Part shown: positions 8,283 through 16,728 of the stretch, piece after piece
Layout: each line of letters opens with the position of its first letter
How positions within the stretch are numbered: position 1 is the stretch's first letter
Source: a virus
Taxonomy: Duplodnaviria > Heunggongvirae > Uroviricota > Caudoviricetes
IMG/VR virus record: IMGVR_UViG_2681813235_000001
Location: 1-41,344 of that record
Length of the DNA: 41,344 bases
Direction: 5' to 3' (one strand)
Notes under the pieces: generated by a model
The model's database searches: none
What the model saw: the letters and a program-made list of their open reading frames with translations, nothing else
Told to the model about the DNA's origin: nothing
Made by a program: the position numbers and the translations under genes

Positions 8283-8822
8283 ATGCAACCACTTACATAC
8301 CAACAGACTAGCGGATTTAGCCCGACTGCGGTGATAAATCGTTCTCAAATAAAACAGGTGCCAGGCCACGAAAAAATCCGTGATGCCGTTCGCGCCTGGT
8401 CGGCTGCAGATAATCAGGATGTTGTTGCCGCACTCATTGTGAATGAGTATCGGGAGCAGGGCGGCGGCACCATCGATTTCCCTGATGATGTCAGCCGTGC
8501 ACGCCAGAAGCTGTTCCGCTTCCTCGATAACAAATTCGATTCTGAAAAATACCGAAATAACGTGCGTGAACTGACCCCGGCAATTCTGGCGGTACTACCG
8601 CTGGAATATCGCGGTTACCTGGTTGAGCAGGATAGCTTCATGACTCGGTTGGCTGAAATGGAAAAGGAACTCAGTGAGGCAAAACAGGCTGTCATTCTCA
8701 ACGCACCACGCCACCAGAAACTGAAGGAGATGAGTGAAGGCATTGTGTCGATGTTTCGTGTGGACCCGGACCTGGCTGGTCCATTGATGGCGATGGTCAC
8801 CACCATGCTGGGGGCAATATGA
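8283..8822 (+). CDS. YdaT-family protein (CII-position regulator)
   Basis: Shares EY-x-RQGGG and PAILA-x-LP blocks with my recollection of E. coli Rac YdaT; lies between Cro-like and O genes. Confidence 0.55.
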   Translation: MQPLTYQQTSGFSPTAVINRSQIKQVPGHEKIRDAVRAWSAADNQDVVAALIVNEYREQGGGTIDFPDDVSRARQKLFRFLDNKFDSEKYRNNVRELTPAILAVLPLEYRGYLVEQDSFMTRLAEMEKELSEAKQAVILNAPRHQKLKEMSEGIVSMFRVDPDLAGPLMAMVTTMLGAI

Positions 8823-8908
8823 CAGGTTCAGAAATGGCGAAAGCCGGTCTGCGCGAACAGAACCGACTTTCAGGTGCAAATCGTAACACACTCATTGCGG
8901 GAGGAATT

Positions 8909-9838
8909 ATGGCAAACACTGCTGAGATATTCAATTTTCCAGTGCCGGATGTGGCACAAAAGGAGCCGCGCGTGGCAGATCTCGATGATGGTTATACGCG
9001 CATTGCAAATGAGTTGCTGGAAGCTGTGATGCTGGCCGGATTAACACAGCACCAGCTTCTGGTCTTCCTGGCTGTCATGCGCAAAACATATGGCTTTAAT
9101 AAAAAACTGGATTGGGTGAGCAACGAGCAACTTTCCGAGTTGACCGGGATATTGCCGCACAAGTGTTCTGCTGCAAAAAGTGTTCTGGTAAAGCGTGGGA
9201 TTTTTATTCAGAGCGGGCGGAATATCGGCATTAATAATGTGGTCAGTGAATGGTCAACATTACCCGAATCAGGTAAGAAAAATAAAGTTTACCTGAAAGA
9301 GGTAAATTTACCTGAATCAGGTAAGAAAAGTTTACCCAAATCAGGTAAAGGCGTTTACCCGAATCAGGTAAACACAAAAGACAAACTAACAAAAGACAAT
9401 ATAAAACCTTTTTCGTCCGAGAATTCTGGCGAATCCTCTGACCAACCAGAAAACGATCTTCCTGTGGAGAAACCAGATGTTGCAATTCAGAGCGGCAGCA
9501 GGTGGGGGACAGCAGAAGACCTGACCGCCGCAGAGTGGATGTTTGACATGGTGAAGACCATCGCGCCATCAGCCAGAAAACCGAATTTTGCAGGGTGGGC
9601 TAACGATATCCGTCTGATGCGTGAACGTGATGGACGTAACCACCGCGACATGTGTGTACTGTTCCGCTGGGCCTGCCAGGACAACTTCTGGTCCGGTAAC
9701 GTGCTGAGTCCGGCCAAACTCCGCGACAAGTGGACCCAGCTCGAAATCAACCGGAACAAGCAACAGGCTGGCGTGACAGTCGGCAAACCAAAACTCGACC
9801 TGACAAACACTGACTGGATTTACGGGGTGGATCTATGA
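8909..9838 (+). CDS. O: replication initiator O (lambda O family)
   Basis: From ATG 8909 (GGGAGG upstream): MANTAEIFNF...VADLDDGY...RKTYGFNK parallels lambda O N-terminus; iterons inside the gene; stop/start overlap with P. Confidence 0.85.
   Translation: MANTAEIFNFPVPDVAQKEPRVADLDDGYTRIANELLEAVMLAGLTQHQLLVFLAVMRKTYGFNKKLDWVSNEQLSELTGILPHKCSAAKSVLVKRGIFIQSGRNIGINNVVSEWSTLPESGKKNKVYLKEVNLPESGKKSLPKSGKGVYPNQVNTKDKLTKDNIKPFSSENSGESSDQPENDLPVEKPDVAIQSGSRWGTAEDLTAAEWMFDMVKTIAPSARKPNFAGWANDIRLMRERDGRNHRDMCVLFRWACQDNFWSGNVLSPAKLRDKWTQLEINRNKQQAGVTVGKPKLDLTNTDWIYGVDL
9260..9373. repeat. ori iterons (about 5 copies of TTTACC(C/T)(G/A)AATCAGGTAA) with A-rich flank
   Basis: Copies at ~9260-9277, 9288-9306 (variant), 9307-9325, 9331-9350, 9354-9373, followed by A-rich tract 9374-9415; located inside O as in ori-lambda. 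Confidence 0.7.
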
Positions 9839-10536
9839 AAAACATCGCCGCACAGATGGTTAACTTTGACCGTGAGCAGATGCGTCGGATCGCCAACAAC
9901 ATGCCGGAACAGTACGACGAAAAGCCACAGGTACAGCAGGTAGCGCAGATCATCAACGGTGTGTTCAGCCAGTTACTGGCAACTTTCCCGGCGAGCCTGG
10001 CTAACCGTGACCAGAATGAACTGAACGAAATCCGCCGCCAGTGGGTGCTGGCTTTTCGGGAAAACGGGATCACCACAATGGAACAGGTTAACGCTGGAAT
10101 GCGCGTAGCCCGTCGGCAGAATCGACCATTCCTGCCATCACCCGGGCAGTTTGTCGCCTGGTGCCGGGAAGAAGCATCCGTTAACGCCGGGCTGCCAAAC
10201 GCCAGCGAGCTGGTTGATATGGTTTACGAGTATTGCCGGAAGCGTGGCCTTTATCCGGATGCAGAGTCTTATCCATGGAAATCAAACGCGCACTACTGGT
10301 TGGTTACCAACCTGTATCAGAACATGCGGGCCAATGCGCTTACTGATGCGGAATTACGGCGCAAGGCTGCCGATGAACTGACCTGTATGACCACGCGAAT
10401 TAACCGTGGTGAGACGATACCTGAACCAGTAAAACAACTTCCTGTCATGGGCGGTAGACCTCTAAATCGTGCACAGGCTCTGGCGAAGATCGCAGAAATC
10501 AAAGCGAAGTTTGGGCTGAAAGGAGACAGAGCATGA
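9835..10536 (+). CDS. P: replication protein P (DnaB helicase loader)
   Basis: 233-aa translation matches lambda P from memory almost throughout (MKNIAAQMVNFDREQMRRIANNMPEQYDEKPQVQQVAQIINGVFSQLLATFPASLANRDQNE...). Confidence 0.95.
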   Translation: MKNIAAQMVNFDREQMRRIANNMPEQYDEKPQVQQVAQIINGVFSQLLATFPASLANRDQNELNEIRRQWVLAFRENGITTMEQVNAGMRVARRQNRPFLPSPGQFVAWCREEASVNAGLPNASELVDMVYEYCRKRGLYPDAESYPWKSNAHYWLVTNLYQNMRANALTDAELRRKAADELTCMTTRINRGETIPEPVKQLPVMGGRPLNRAQALAKIAEIKAKFGLKGDRA

Positions 10537-10792
10537 GTGAGCAATACTGGTTTTTGTGTGCAAAATTGGGCTAGAAGGAAATATCAATCGACGCAGAAAT
10601 AATTAAGTTATTTTTTTAATAGAACTGAGCTTGAAGATATGATTTTGCAGGGATACTTACGCTGTGAGCAGTCGAAGACATTGCAACATGCAAGTGATTC
10701 TCAATATTCATAGATGACAAAACATAATGCGAAGATGTAACATATTAATTTCTATGATTTGAAATGTCTAAGTTGTAAAAAGGAAAACTATA

Positions 10793-11050
10793 ATGTATGT
10801 AGATATTTATAAAAGTGATATTTGTAATTCTAAGTATCTTGTTGTCCCAGCGAATACAGTGGTTACAGGAAATGCCCTCGGGGTGAGTGATCCTGACTTC
10901 TCGAAATTTTCAATTATCAAAAAAAGTGAGTTGTTAGAACCTGGGATGATAGGTATCAATGACGTAAGAGCTAAAAGCGATATCAATTCTATTGGATATC
11001 ATATTTTAAGAGTGAGAACTTCTTTTCAAGAAGACACAACTAAAAATTAA
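10793..11050 (+). CDS. hypothetical protein in AT-rich island (weakly YcgL-domain-like)
   Basis: 85-aa ORF with AAAAGGA 8 nt upstream; visibly AT-rich island 10540-11080; weak resemblance MYVDIYKS...SKYLVV to YcgL (M-x-VIYRS...YLYV). Confidence 0.35.
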   Translation: MYVDIYKSDICNSKYLVVPANTVVTGNALGVSDPDFSKFSIIKKSELLEPGMIGINDVRAKSDINSIGYHILRVRTSFQEDTTKN

Positions 11051-11086
11051 TTTTTGATTTTTTTAGAATCAACCTTTCATAATCAT

Positions 11087-11205
11087 GTCATCGGAGCCTG
11101 AACAACTCCGATGACTTCTGCGCTAAACGGGGACGTTTATGCGCACATACAATCCAAATTATCTTCTCCCTTCACAGATGTAGAAATGCACCTGCGGTTT
11201 TTTAT
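11087..11205. repeat. direct repeat copy 1 (hairpin plus ~90-bp conserved segment)
   Basis: Hairpin GTCATCGGAG-(9 nt)-CTCCGATGAC at 11087-11115, then segment near-identical to 13427-13516. Confidence 0.75.
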
Positions 11206-11270
11206 ATTCGGTGTTTGGCCTCGGCAGTATAGAGCTGGGAATCTCTGTTCGTCTGGCGGCTAAAGGCGAT

Positions 11271-11360
11271 ATGGAAATCGTGATGTCTTGGCCTAAAGTA
11301 GTTGCAACAGTTGTAGCAGCTATGGCTGTGATCATCATGGTGTCCATTTACTGGGGTTGA
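11271..11360 (+). CDS. possible small hydrophobic peptide (29 aa)
   Basis: Hand-translated: MEIVMSWPKVVATVVAAMAVIIMVSIYWG; single predicted TM helix; weak SD (AAGG, 4-nt spacing); antisense ORF 11159-11347 also open, so strand is ambiguous. Confidence 0.25.
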   Translation: MEIVMSWPKVVATVVAAMAVIIMVSIYWG

Positions 11361-11448
11361 CGATATGATTTATCTGGGGATATATTCTTACGCGTTGCCG
11401 CAAAATCGGCACACGGGATTGGCGTCCCGGAATACTACTCAACGCATG

Positions 11449-11469
11449 CCGCGTTAAGCGGTTTTTTTA
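11449..11469 (+). terminator. weak candidate intrinsic terminator
   Basis: CCGC-GTTAA-GCGG followed by TTTTTTT; stem only 4-5 bp. Confidence 0.3.
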
Positions 11470-11624
11470 TGCGCTAAGCACGGCTACGTCCAAATTATGG
11501 TGGGCTGTGTGAGGGCTTCTTCGGGAGCGCCGGGTTTGAGTAGCCGGTTACGCCAACCTTGCACAGTTCACCACCAGTCGATTGGCGTCGTTGGTGGTGA
11601 TGGTTAACCTGATGAGGTGATACT

Positions 11625-12230
11625 ATGACTACTCAATTAGCATTCCACAAAACGACGTTTACCCCGATTTGCCACAATAACAGAATTTGGCTTACTGCCA
11701 CTGAAGTTGGTTTAGCTCTGGAATATGCGGACGATAAAGCAGTTCAGCGTATTTACTCTCGTCACTCAGATGAATTTACAGATATGATGACAAGGGTGGT
11801 CAAAGTGACCACCCCTCGTGGAATGCAGGAGTCTCGAGTATTTAGCCTTCGCGGAGCCCATCTGATCGCCATGTTTGCTCGTACTCCTGTGGCCAAAGAA
11901 TTCCGCCGCTGGGTGCTGGATATTCTCGATCGAGAAATTCAACAATCCCCAATCACAAAACAATTCACTGATAACGAACTTTGCACACTTGCTTGGTTAT
12001 GGCGGGCAAGTGACACAATGTTAACCGCTTGCCAAAACGTCACTCCGCTTCTTCAGGTAGCAGAACACCGCGAAGCCGGTCGCTTCACTTCAATCGAACA
12101 AGAATATCCCCGGATACTCAATAAGGCACAGGCAATCCTTGCCAGAGAAACGGCACATGTAAAATTCCGGCCGTGGCAGGATGATAAGTGGAGTCGAGTA
12201 TTGACGCATTTACGTTCTGAACGGCTGTAA
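11625..12230 (+). CDS. Bro-N domain protein (putative antirepressor-like)
   Basis: N-terminal region (ICHNNRIWLTATEVGLALEY ... RVFSLRGAHLIAMFARTPVAKEFRRWVLDIL) fits the Bro-N pattern from memory; GAGGTG SD. Confidence 0.55.
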   Translation: MTTQLAFHKTTFTPICHNNRIWLTATEVGLALEYADDKAVQRIYSRHSDEFTDMMTRVVKVTTPRGMQESRVFSLRGAHLIAMFARTPVAKEFRRWVLDILDREIQQSPITKQFTDNELCTLAWLWRASDTMLTACQNVTPLLQVAEHREAGRFTSIEQEYPRILNKAQAILARETAHVKFRPWQDDKWSRVLTHLRSERL

Positions 12231-12529
12231 TAAAGTTGCGGGAGAGAAATGCCGCTAGTATTTTGTAATTAATTGAATTCTGACGGTTTAATGAGAAGTC
12301 AAGAACACTACTTGTACTATAATCGTTCGATGTTAGTGAGGGTTTGATGCAAAAAATGAAGTGATTGACCCTAAATTTGCGCGATCAGCGACAGATTGTA
12401 CACCGAGATCCTGTGGGCTGGAATTTGCAGAGAAATACCGAAAATGATATCCAATATTGTTTTCAGTTCCTACATCATACCTGATAAGGGTATAATCATA
12501 AAAATCAGGATAATTCAAGTTATAATTGT

Positions 12530-12946
12530 ATGAATAAAAACGACCTTGAAGCATTATCTGACACTAGGCTTAATGAGGCCAAATGCTTGCTTGATCATGG
12601 CTTTTTTCATGGTGCATATTATCTTTGTGGGTATGCAGTTGAATGTGCATTGAAGGCCTGTATTGCCAAGTCATTTTTACAACATGAGTTTCCAAACAAA
12701 AAAGTCGTAAATGATTCATATACTCATGATTTGTCGCAACTTCTCAAAATTGCCAACTTACATCAAATTTTGATTGCTGACGCAAAAAATGATGTTTCGT
12801 TGGAGATTAACTGGTCGGTCGTTAAAGACTGGAGCGAGCAATTTAGATACGACAATAACATAAGTAAAGCTATGGCCGAACAATTGTTTGATGCTGTAGG
12901 TGACCAAAATTCTGGAGTTTTGAAATGGGTAAAAGCACACTGGTAA
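12530..12946 (+). CDS. HEPN-domain protein
   Basis: 138 aa; central block GAYYLCGYAVECALKACIAKS ... THDLSQLLKIA matches classic HEPN helices; no clear R-x(4-6)-H motif seen; AT-rich. Confidence 0.55.
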   Translation: MNKNDLEALSDTRLNEAKCLLDHGFFHGAYYLCGYAVECALKACIAKSFLQHEFPNKKVVNDSYTHDLSQLLKIANLHQILIADAKNDVSLEINWSVVKDWSEQFRYDNNISKAMAEQLFDAVGDQNSGVLKWVKAHW

Positions 12947-13326
12947 TCGGCAGAGAGTTGACAAAAGATATGGAATTCTCAGGTCAATTTTTGTTAAAAA
13001 AACTCAAGTTACAGAATTTAACTATTGATGCTGCAATGTGGTTTTATTACCCAGATCTATCTTGGAGATATATTTTAGTTATCAGTGACTTCTCAGAACG
13101 TGGACCGGCAGAAATATATAGAAAAATCAGTGAGATAAATAGAAATAGCATATCAAAAAAGTATAAGCCGATACCATTAGAAGCAATTGAGGCTAAGGGG
13201 GATTCAGCTTTTATTTATAAAATGTTAAAAGGATTTGCTAGAGTCAACGATGGTAAAGTTCGCGTTTCTAATTCTATGGTAAATGGTTTAGAAATCGTTG
13301 ACTGTCTGATCTATGAGTTAAAATAA
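12925..13326 (+). CDS. hypothetical protein, overlapping partner of the HEPN gene
   Basis: 133-aa ORF; start overlaps HEPN 3' end by 22 nt with GGAG upstream; no nucleotidyltransferase GS...DxD motif found; AT-rich. Confidence 0.45.
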   Translation: MGKSTLVIGRELTKDMEFSGQFLLKKLKLQNLTIDAAMWFYYPDLSWRYILVISDFSERGPAEIYRKISEINRNSISKKYKPIPLEAIEAKGDSAFIYKMLKGFARVNDGKVRVSNSMVNGLEIVDCLIYELK

Positions 13327-13397
13327 GAAATCTCTTGCTGGGTATCATTATTGTTTAAATGACTTTTGATTTTCAATAATCAACTTGTCATAATTAA

Positions 13398-13516
13398 GTC
13401 ACCGGAGTTTGAACTCCTCCGGTGACTTCTGCGCTAAACGGGGACGTTTATGCGCACATACAATCCAAACTCTCTTCTCCCTTCACAGATGCAGAAATGC
13501 ACCTGCAATTCTTTGC
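13398..13516. repeat. direct repeat copy 2 (hairpin plus ~90-bp conserved segment)
   Basis: Hairpin GTCACCGGAG-(9 nt)-CTCCGGTGAC at 13398-13426, then segment near-identical to 11116-11205; immediately upstream of ninB. Confidence 0.75.
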
Positions 13517-13547
13517 ATCTAGCGTTTGACCTCTGCGGAGGTGAAGC

Positions 13548-14003
13548 GTGAACCTCCCACAAGACGGCATCAAATTACATCGCGGCAACTTCACCGCTAT
13601 CGGTCAGCAGATCCAGCCTTATCTGGAGGAAGGCAAATGCTTTCGCATGGTGCTTAAACCGTGGCGCGAGAGACGCAGTCTTTCCCAGAATGCACTCAGC
13701 CACATGTGGTACAGCGAAATCAGTGAATACCTCATCAGCAGGGGTAAAACGTTCGCCACTCCAGCTTGGGTAAAAGATGCTCTCAAACACACATATCTCG
13801 GTTATGAAACCAAAGACCTGGTTGATGTCGTAACCGGTGATATCACCACTATCCAGTCGTTACGCCATACCTCCGATCTTGATACCGGAGAGATGTATGT
13901 CTTCCTGTGTAAGGTTGAAGCCTGGGCGATGAATATTGGTTGCCATCTGACTATTCCGCAGAGCTGCGAGTTCCAGCAGCTCCGCGACAAGCAGGAGGCG
14001 TAA
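13548..14003 (+). CDS. ninB: NinB-family recombination protein
   Basis: GTG start with GGAGG 6 nt upstream; R-S-L-S-Q-N-x(5)-W block resembles the NinB signature region; nin-region position. Confidence 0.55.
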
Positions 14004-14173
14004 TGGCTACACCGCTTATTCGTGTCATGAACGGACACATCTACAGAGTACCAAATCGTCGTAAGCGTAAACCTGAGCTGAAGCCATCCGAAATACCAAC
14101 ACTGCTCGGGTATACCGCCAGCCTGGTTGATAAAAAATGGTTGCGACTGGCAGCAAGGAGGAATCATGGCTGA
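14003..14173 (+). CDS. hypothetical small protein (56 aa)
   Basis: ATG overlaps ninB stop (TAATG); AGGAGG upstream; basic protein [23 protein letters not shown]... Confidence 0.4.
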   Translation: MATPLIRVMNGHIYRVPNRRKRKPELKPSEIPTLLGYTASLVDKKWLRLAARRNHG

Positions 14174-14456
14174 TTTGAGAAAAGCAGCGCGTAGTCGGGA
14201 ATGCCAGGTAAGAATCCCTGGCGTATGTAATGGCAACCCTGAAACGTCTGTACTGGCACATATCCGGCTGACTGGATTGTGCGGCACCGGTACCAAACCG
14301 CCAGACCTGATTGCCACCATTGCATGTTCTGCCTGCCACGACGAAATCGACCGCCGCACGCATTTTGTTGACGCTGGATATGCAAAAGAATGCGCGCTGG
14401 AAGGTATGGCGAGAACGCAGGTTATCTGGCTGAAAGAGGGGGTAATTAAGGCGTGA
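14166..14456 (+). CDS. ybcO: YbcO-like DUF1364 protein (putative Zn-binding nuclease)
   Basis: From ATG 14166 (AGGAGG upstream): [34 protein letters not shown]...[11 protein letters not shown], matching DLP12 YbcO from memory. Confidence 0.6.
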   Translation: MADLRKAARSRECQVRIPGVCNGNPETSVLAHIRLTGLCGTGTKPPDLIATIACSACHDEIDRRTHFVDAGYAKECALEGMARTQVIWLKEGVIKA

Positions 14457-14815
14457 ATACTTACCACATCACACTACCCTGGCCGCCGAGCAATAACCGC
14501 TACTACCGCCATAATCGCGGGCGCACACACATCAGCGCAGAAGGGCAGGCATACCGCGATAACGTCACCCGAATCATTAAAAACGCAATGCTGGATATCG
14601 GCCTGGCTATGCCAGTGAAAATCCGTATTGAGTGCCACATGCCGGATCGCCGTCGCCGTGACCTGGATAATCTGCAAAAAGCCGCTTTTGACGCACTCAC
14701 CAAAGCAGGTTTCTGGCTGGATGATGCTCAGGTCGTTGATTACCGCGTTGTGAAGATGCCAGTTACCAAAGGTGGGAGGCTGGAACTGACCATCACCGAA
14801 ATGGGGAATGAATGA
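14453..14815 (+). CDS. rusA: RusA Holliday-junction resolvase
   Basis: 120-aa translation matches E. coli DLP12 RusA from memory ([25 protein letters not shown]...). Confidence 0.9.
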   Translation: MNTYHITLPWPPSNNRYYRHNRGRTHISAEGQAYRDNVTRIIKNAMLDIGLAMPVKIRIECHMPDRRRRDLDNLQKAAFDALTKAGFWLDDAQVVDYRVVKMPVTKGGRLELTITEMGNE

Positions 14816-14952
14816 TGTTTGAGTTTTATATGGCAGAACTTCTTCGCCACCGCTGGGGGCATCTGCGCTTATATCGTTTCCCCGGTTCTGTTTTGACCGA
14901 TTACCGAATACTGAAGAATTACGCCAAAACCCTGAAAGGAGCTGCCGCATGA
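14812..14952 (+). CDS. ylcG: YlcG-like small protein (46 aa, not in ORF track)
   Basis: Hand-translated: [46 protein letters not shown]; overlaps rusA stop and Q-like start. Confidence 0.55.
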   Translation: MMFEFYMAELLRHRWGHLRLYRFPGSVLTDYRILKNYAKTLKGAAA

Positions 14953-15638
14953 ATACCCAATATTTACAGTATGTCCGCGAGCAACTCATTGTGGCTACCG
15001 CTGATTTGAGCGGAGCAACGAAAGGCCAGCTTGAAGCCTGGCTGGAGCATGCACAATTTGATACTGGTACATACAAACGAAAGAAGCGACGCATTCTGGA
15101 TGAGGTAACTGGCAAGATTATTATGCTGGATAATCCGCCGATTTCCGGTAAACAGTCGTACGCAAAAGGTTCATCTGTCGCCCTGATCAGTCCGGTCGAG
15201 TTTTCAACCTCTTCATGGCGCCGCGCTGTTCTGTCTCTCGATGAGCATCAGAAAGCATGGTTGCTGTGGAGTTACAGTGAAAATATTCGCTGGGAGCATC
15301 AGGTTGCCATAACGCAGTGGGCATGGAGCGAGTTTAAGACTCTGTTGGGTACCAGAAAAATTGCAGGTAAGACACTGGAACGCCTGAAGAAGTTGATCTG
15401 GCTGGCGGCACAGGATGTGAAGAGCGAACTGGCAGGGCGTGAGGCTTATGAATACCAGGAACTGGCGTCACTGGTGGGAGTGACATCAAAAAACTGGTCT
15501 GAGACATTCACTGAACGCTGGGTTGCAATGAAGCACATTTTTCTACAGCTTGATAGCGAAGCTTTATTGCTTCTAACGAGAACACGTTCAAAACAAAAGG
15601 CGACATTTTCACAGCAAAATATTGCAAAACTGGATTAA
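14949..15638 (+). CDS. putative late-gene antiterminator (Q-like)
   Basis: 229-aa ORF in the canonical Q position between nin genes and the lysis cassette; not lambda Q by sequence; assignment is positional. Confidence 0.5.
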   Translation: MNTQYLQYVREQLIVATADLSGATKGQLEAWLEHAQFDTGTYKRKKRRILDEVTGKIIMLDNPPISGKQSYAKGSSVALISPVEFSTSSWRRAVLSLDEHQKAWLLWSYSENIRWEHQVAITQWAWSEFKTLLGTRKIAGKTLERLKKLIWLAAQDVKSELAGREAYEYQELASLVGVTSKNWSETFTERWVAMKHIFLQLDSEALLLLTRTRSKQKATFSQQNIAKLD

Positions 15639-15639
15639 A

Positions 15640-15848
15640 AAGCATATATTTCATATAAATCTGATATTTTGCCAATGTTGTACGCACTGGCAGTAATCCA
15701 AATTCAAGCTCGAGGTTTAAAGCCTTGGGCTTTTCTGTTTCTGGGCGGTGAGTATCCTTTCAACGTACCCCAGCCAGGGTGTCTTCAGCTGTTGAGTTGA
15801 TATTGCTTAACCCTCTGTTGCCAGCTACATGCTGGCTTTTTTATTCCA
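15640..15848 (+). promoter_or_regulatory. putative late promoter/qut region with short leader
   Basis: Between Q-like gene and holin; candidate -35 TTGCCA at 15669-15674; hairpin plus T-tract at ~15720-15745 and at 15821-15848. Confidence 0.35.
15821..15848 (+). terminator. Rho-independent terminator (tR'-like)
   Basis: GCCAGC-TACAT-GCTGGC followed by TTTTTTATT. Confidence 0.55.
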
Positions 15849-15959
15849 GGCTTGCGGGGAGCATCAACTCCGTGCTTTGTCGTTAAATTACCCCGTGAGT
15901 CTGATTTCTGACATTTAACGTCCCGGCCTTTTGTCGGCGGCGAAACATTGGCTATTCAT

Positions 15960-16265
15960 ATGCACGAAAAAGAGAGCCTTGCCGGAGCGTTCTGGCTCGT
16001 TTTGCTGATCATCGCAGGTTGGGGCGGTCTGGTCCGCTACCTGATAGATGTGAAGCAGAGTAAAGCAACGTGGAGTTGGATAAATGCTCTGGCTCAGATA
16101 GTGGTATCAGGATTCACCGGTGTTATTGGTGGCCTGATCAGCATCGAAAGTGGATTCAGTATTTACATGATTCTCGCGACAGCGGGGATTAGTGGTGCGA
16201 TGGGTTCGGTTGCACTGACGTACTTCTGGGAACGACTGACAGGGGTGAAAAATGCAAAATCTTAA
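15960..16265 (+). CDS. holin (three predicted TM helices)
   Basis: ORF 15948-16265 starts with TTG; first ATG at 15960; three hydrophobic segments; immediately upstream of, and overlapping, the endolysin. Confidence 0.65.
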   Translation: MHEKESLAGAFWLVLLIIAGWGGLVRYLIDVKQSKATWSWINALAQIVVSGFTGVIGGLISIESGFSIYMILATAGISGAMGSVALTYFWERLTGVKNAKS

Positions 16266-16728
16266 TCCTCAGCGTAAAGCTTTCCTCGATATGGTGGCAT
16301 GGTCAGAAGGAACGGATAACGGACGGCAGAAAACCAGAAATCATGGTTATGACGTCATTGTAGGCGGAGAGCTATTTACTGATTACTCCGATCACCCTCG
16401 CAAACTTGTCACGCTAAACCCAAAACTCAAATCAACAGCCGCCGGACGTTACCAGCTTCTTTCCCGTTGGTGGGATGCCTACCGTAAGCAGCTTGGCCTG
16501 AAAGACTTCTCTCCAAAAAGCCAGGACGCTGTGGCATTGCAGCAGATTAAGGAGCGTGGCGCTTTACCGATGATTGATCGCGGTGATATCCGTCAGGCTA
16601 TCGATCGTTGCAGCAATATCTGGGCGTCGTTACCTGGTGCAGGTTACGGTCAGTATGAACATAAAATCGGTGACCTGATTTCCCGGTTTAAAGAGGCTGG
16701 TGGGGTGGTAAATGAAGTTGAGCTATAA
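16252..16728 (+). CDS. R: endolysin, lambda R-type lytic transglycosylase
   Basis: 158-aa translation matches lambda R from memory (NQRKAFLDM.AWSEGTDNGRQKTRNHGYDVIVGGELFTDYSDHPRKLVTLNPKLKST...). Confidence 0.9.
   Translation: MQNLNPQRKAFLDMVAWSEGTDNGRQKTRNHGYDVIVGGELFTDYSDHPRKLVTLNPKLKSTAAGRYQLLSRWWDAYRKQLGLKDFSPKSQDAVALQQIKERGALPMIDRGDIRQAIDRCSNIWASLPGAGYGQYEHKIGDLISRFKEAGGVVNEVEL

Noticed and set aside
12333-12554. 73-aa minus-strand ORF upstream of the HEPN gene
   Set aside because: Lies in an AT-rich promoter-like spacer (TATAAT-like elements at ~12320 and ~12490) and overlaps the HEPN start; low-complexity translation (YNYNLNY); more likely promoter DNA for the HEPN pair.
13802-14467. 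221-aa minus-strand ORF (and 14474-15115, 213 aa) antisense to the ninB/ybcO/rusA/Q-like region
   Set aside because: Opposite strand to RusA, which is near-identical to a known protein, and to the tightly overlapping nin gene chain; shadow ORFs.
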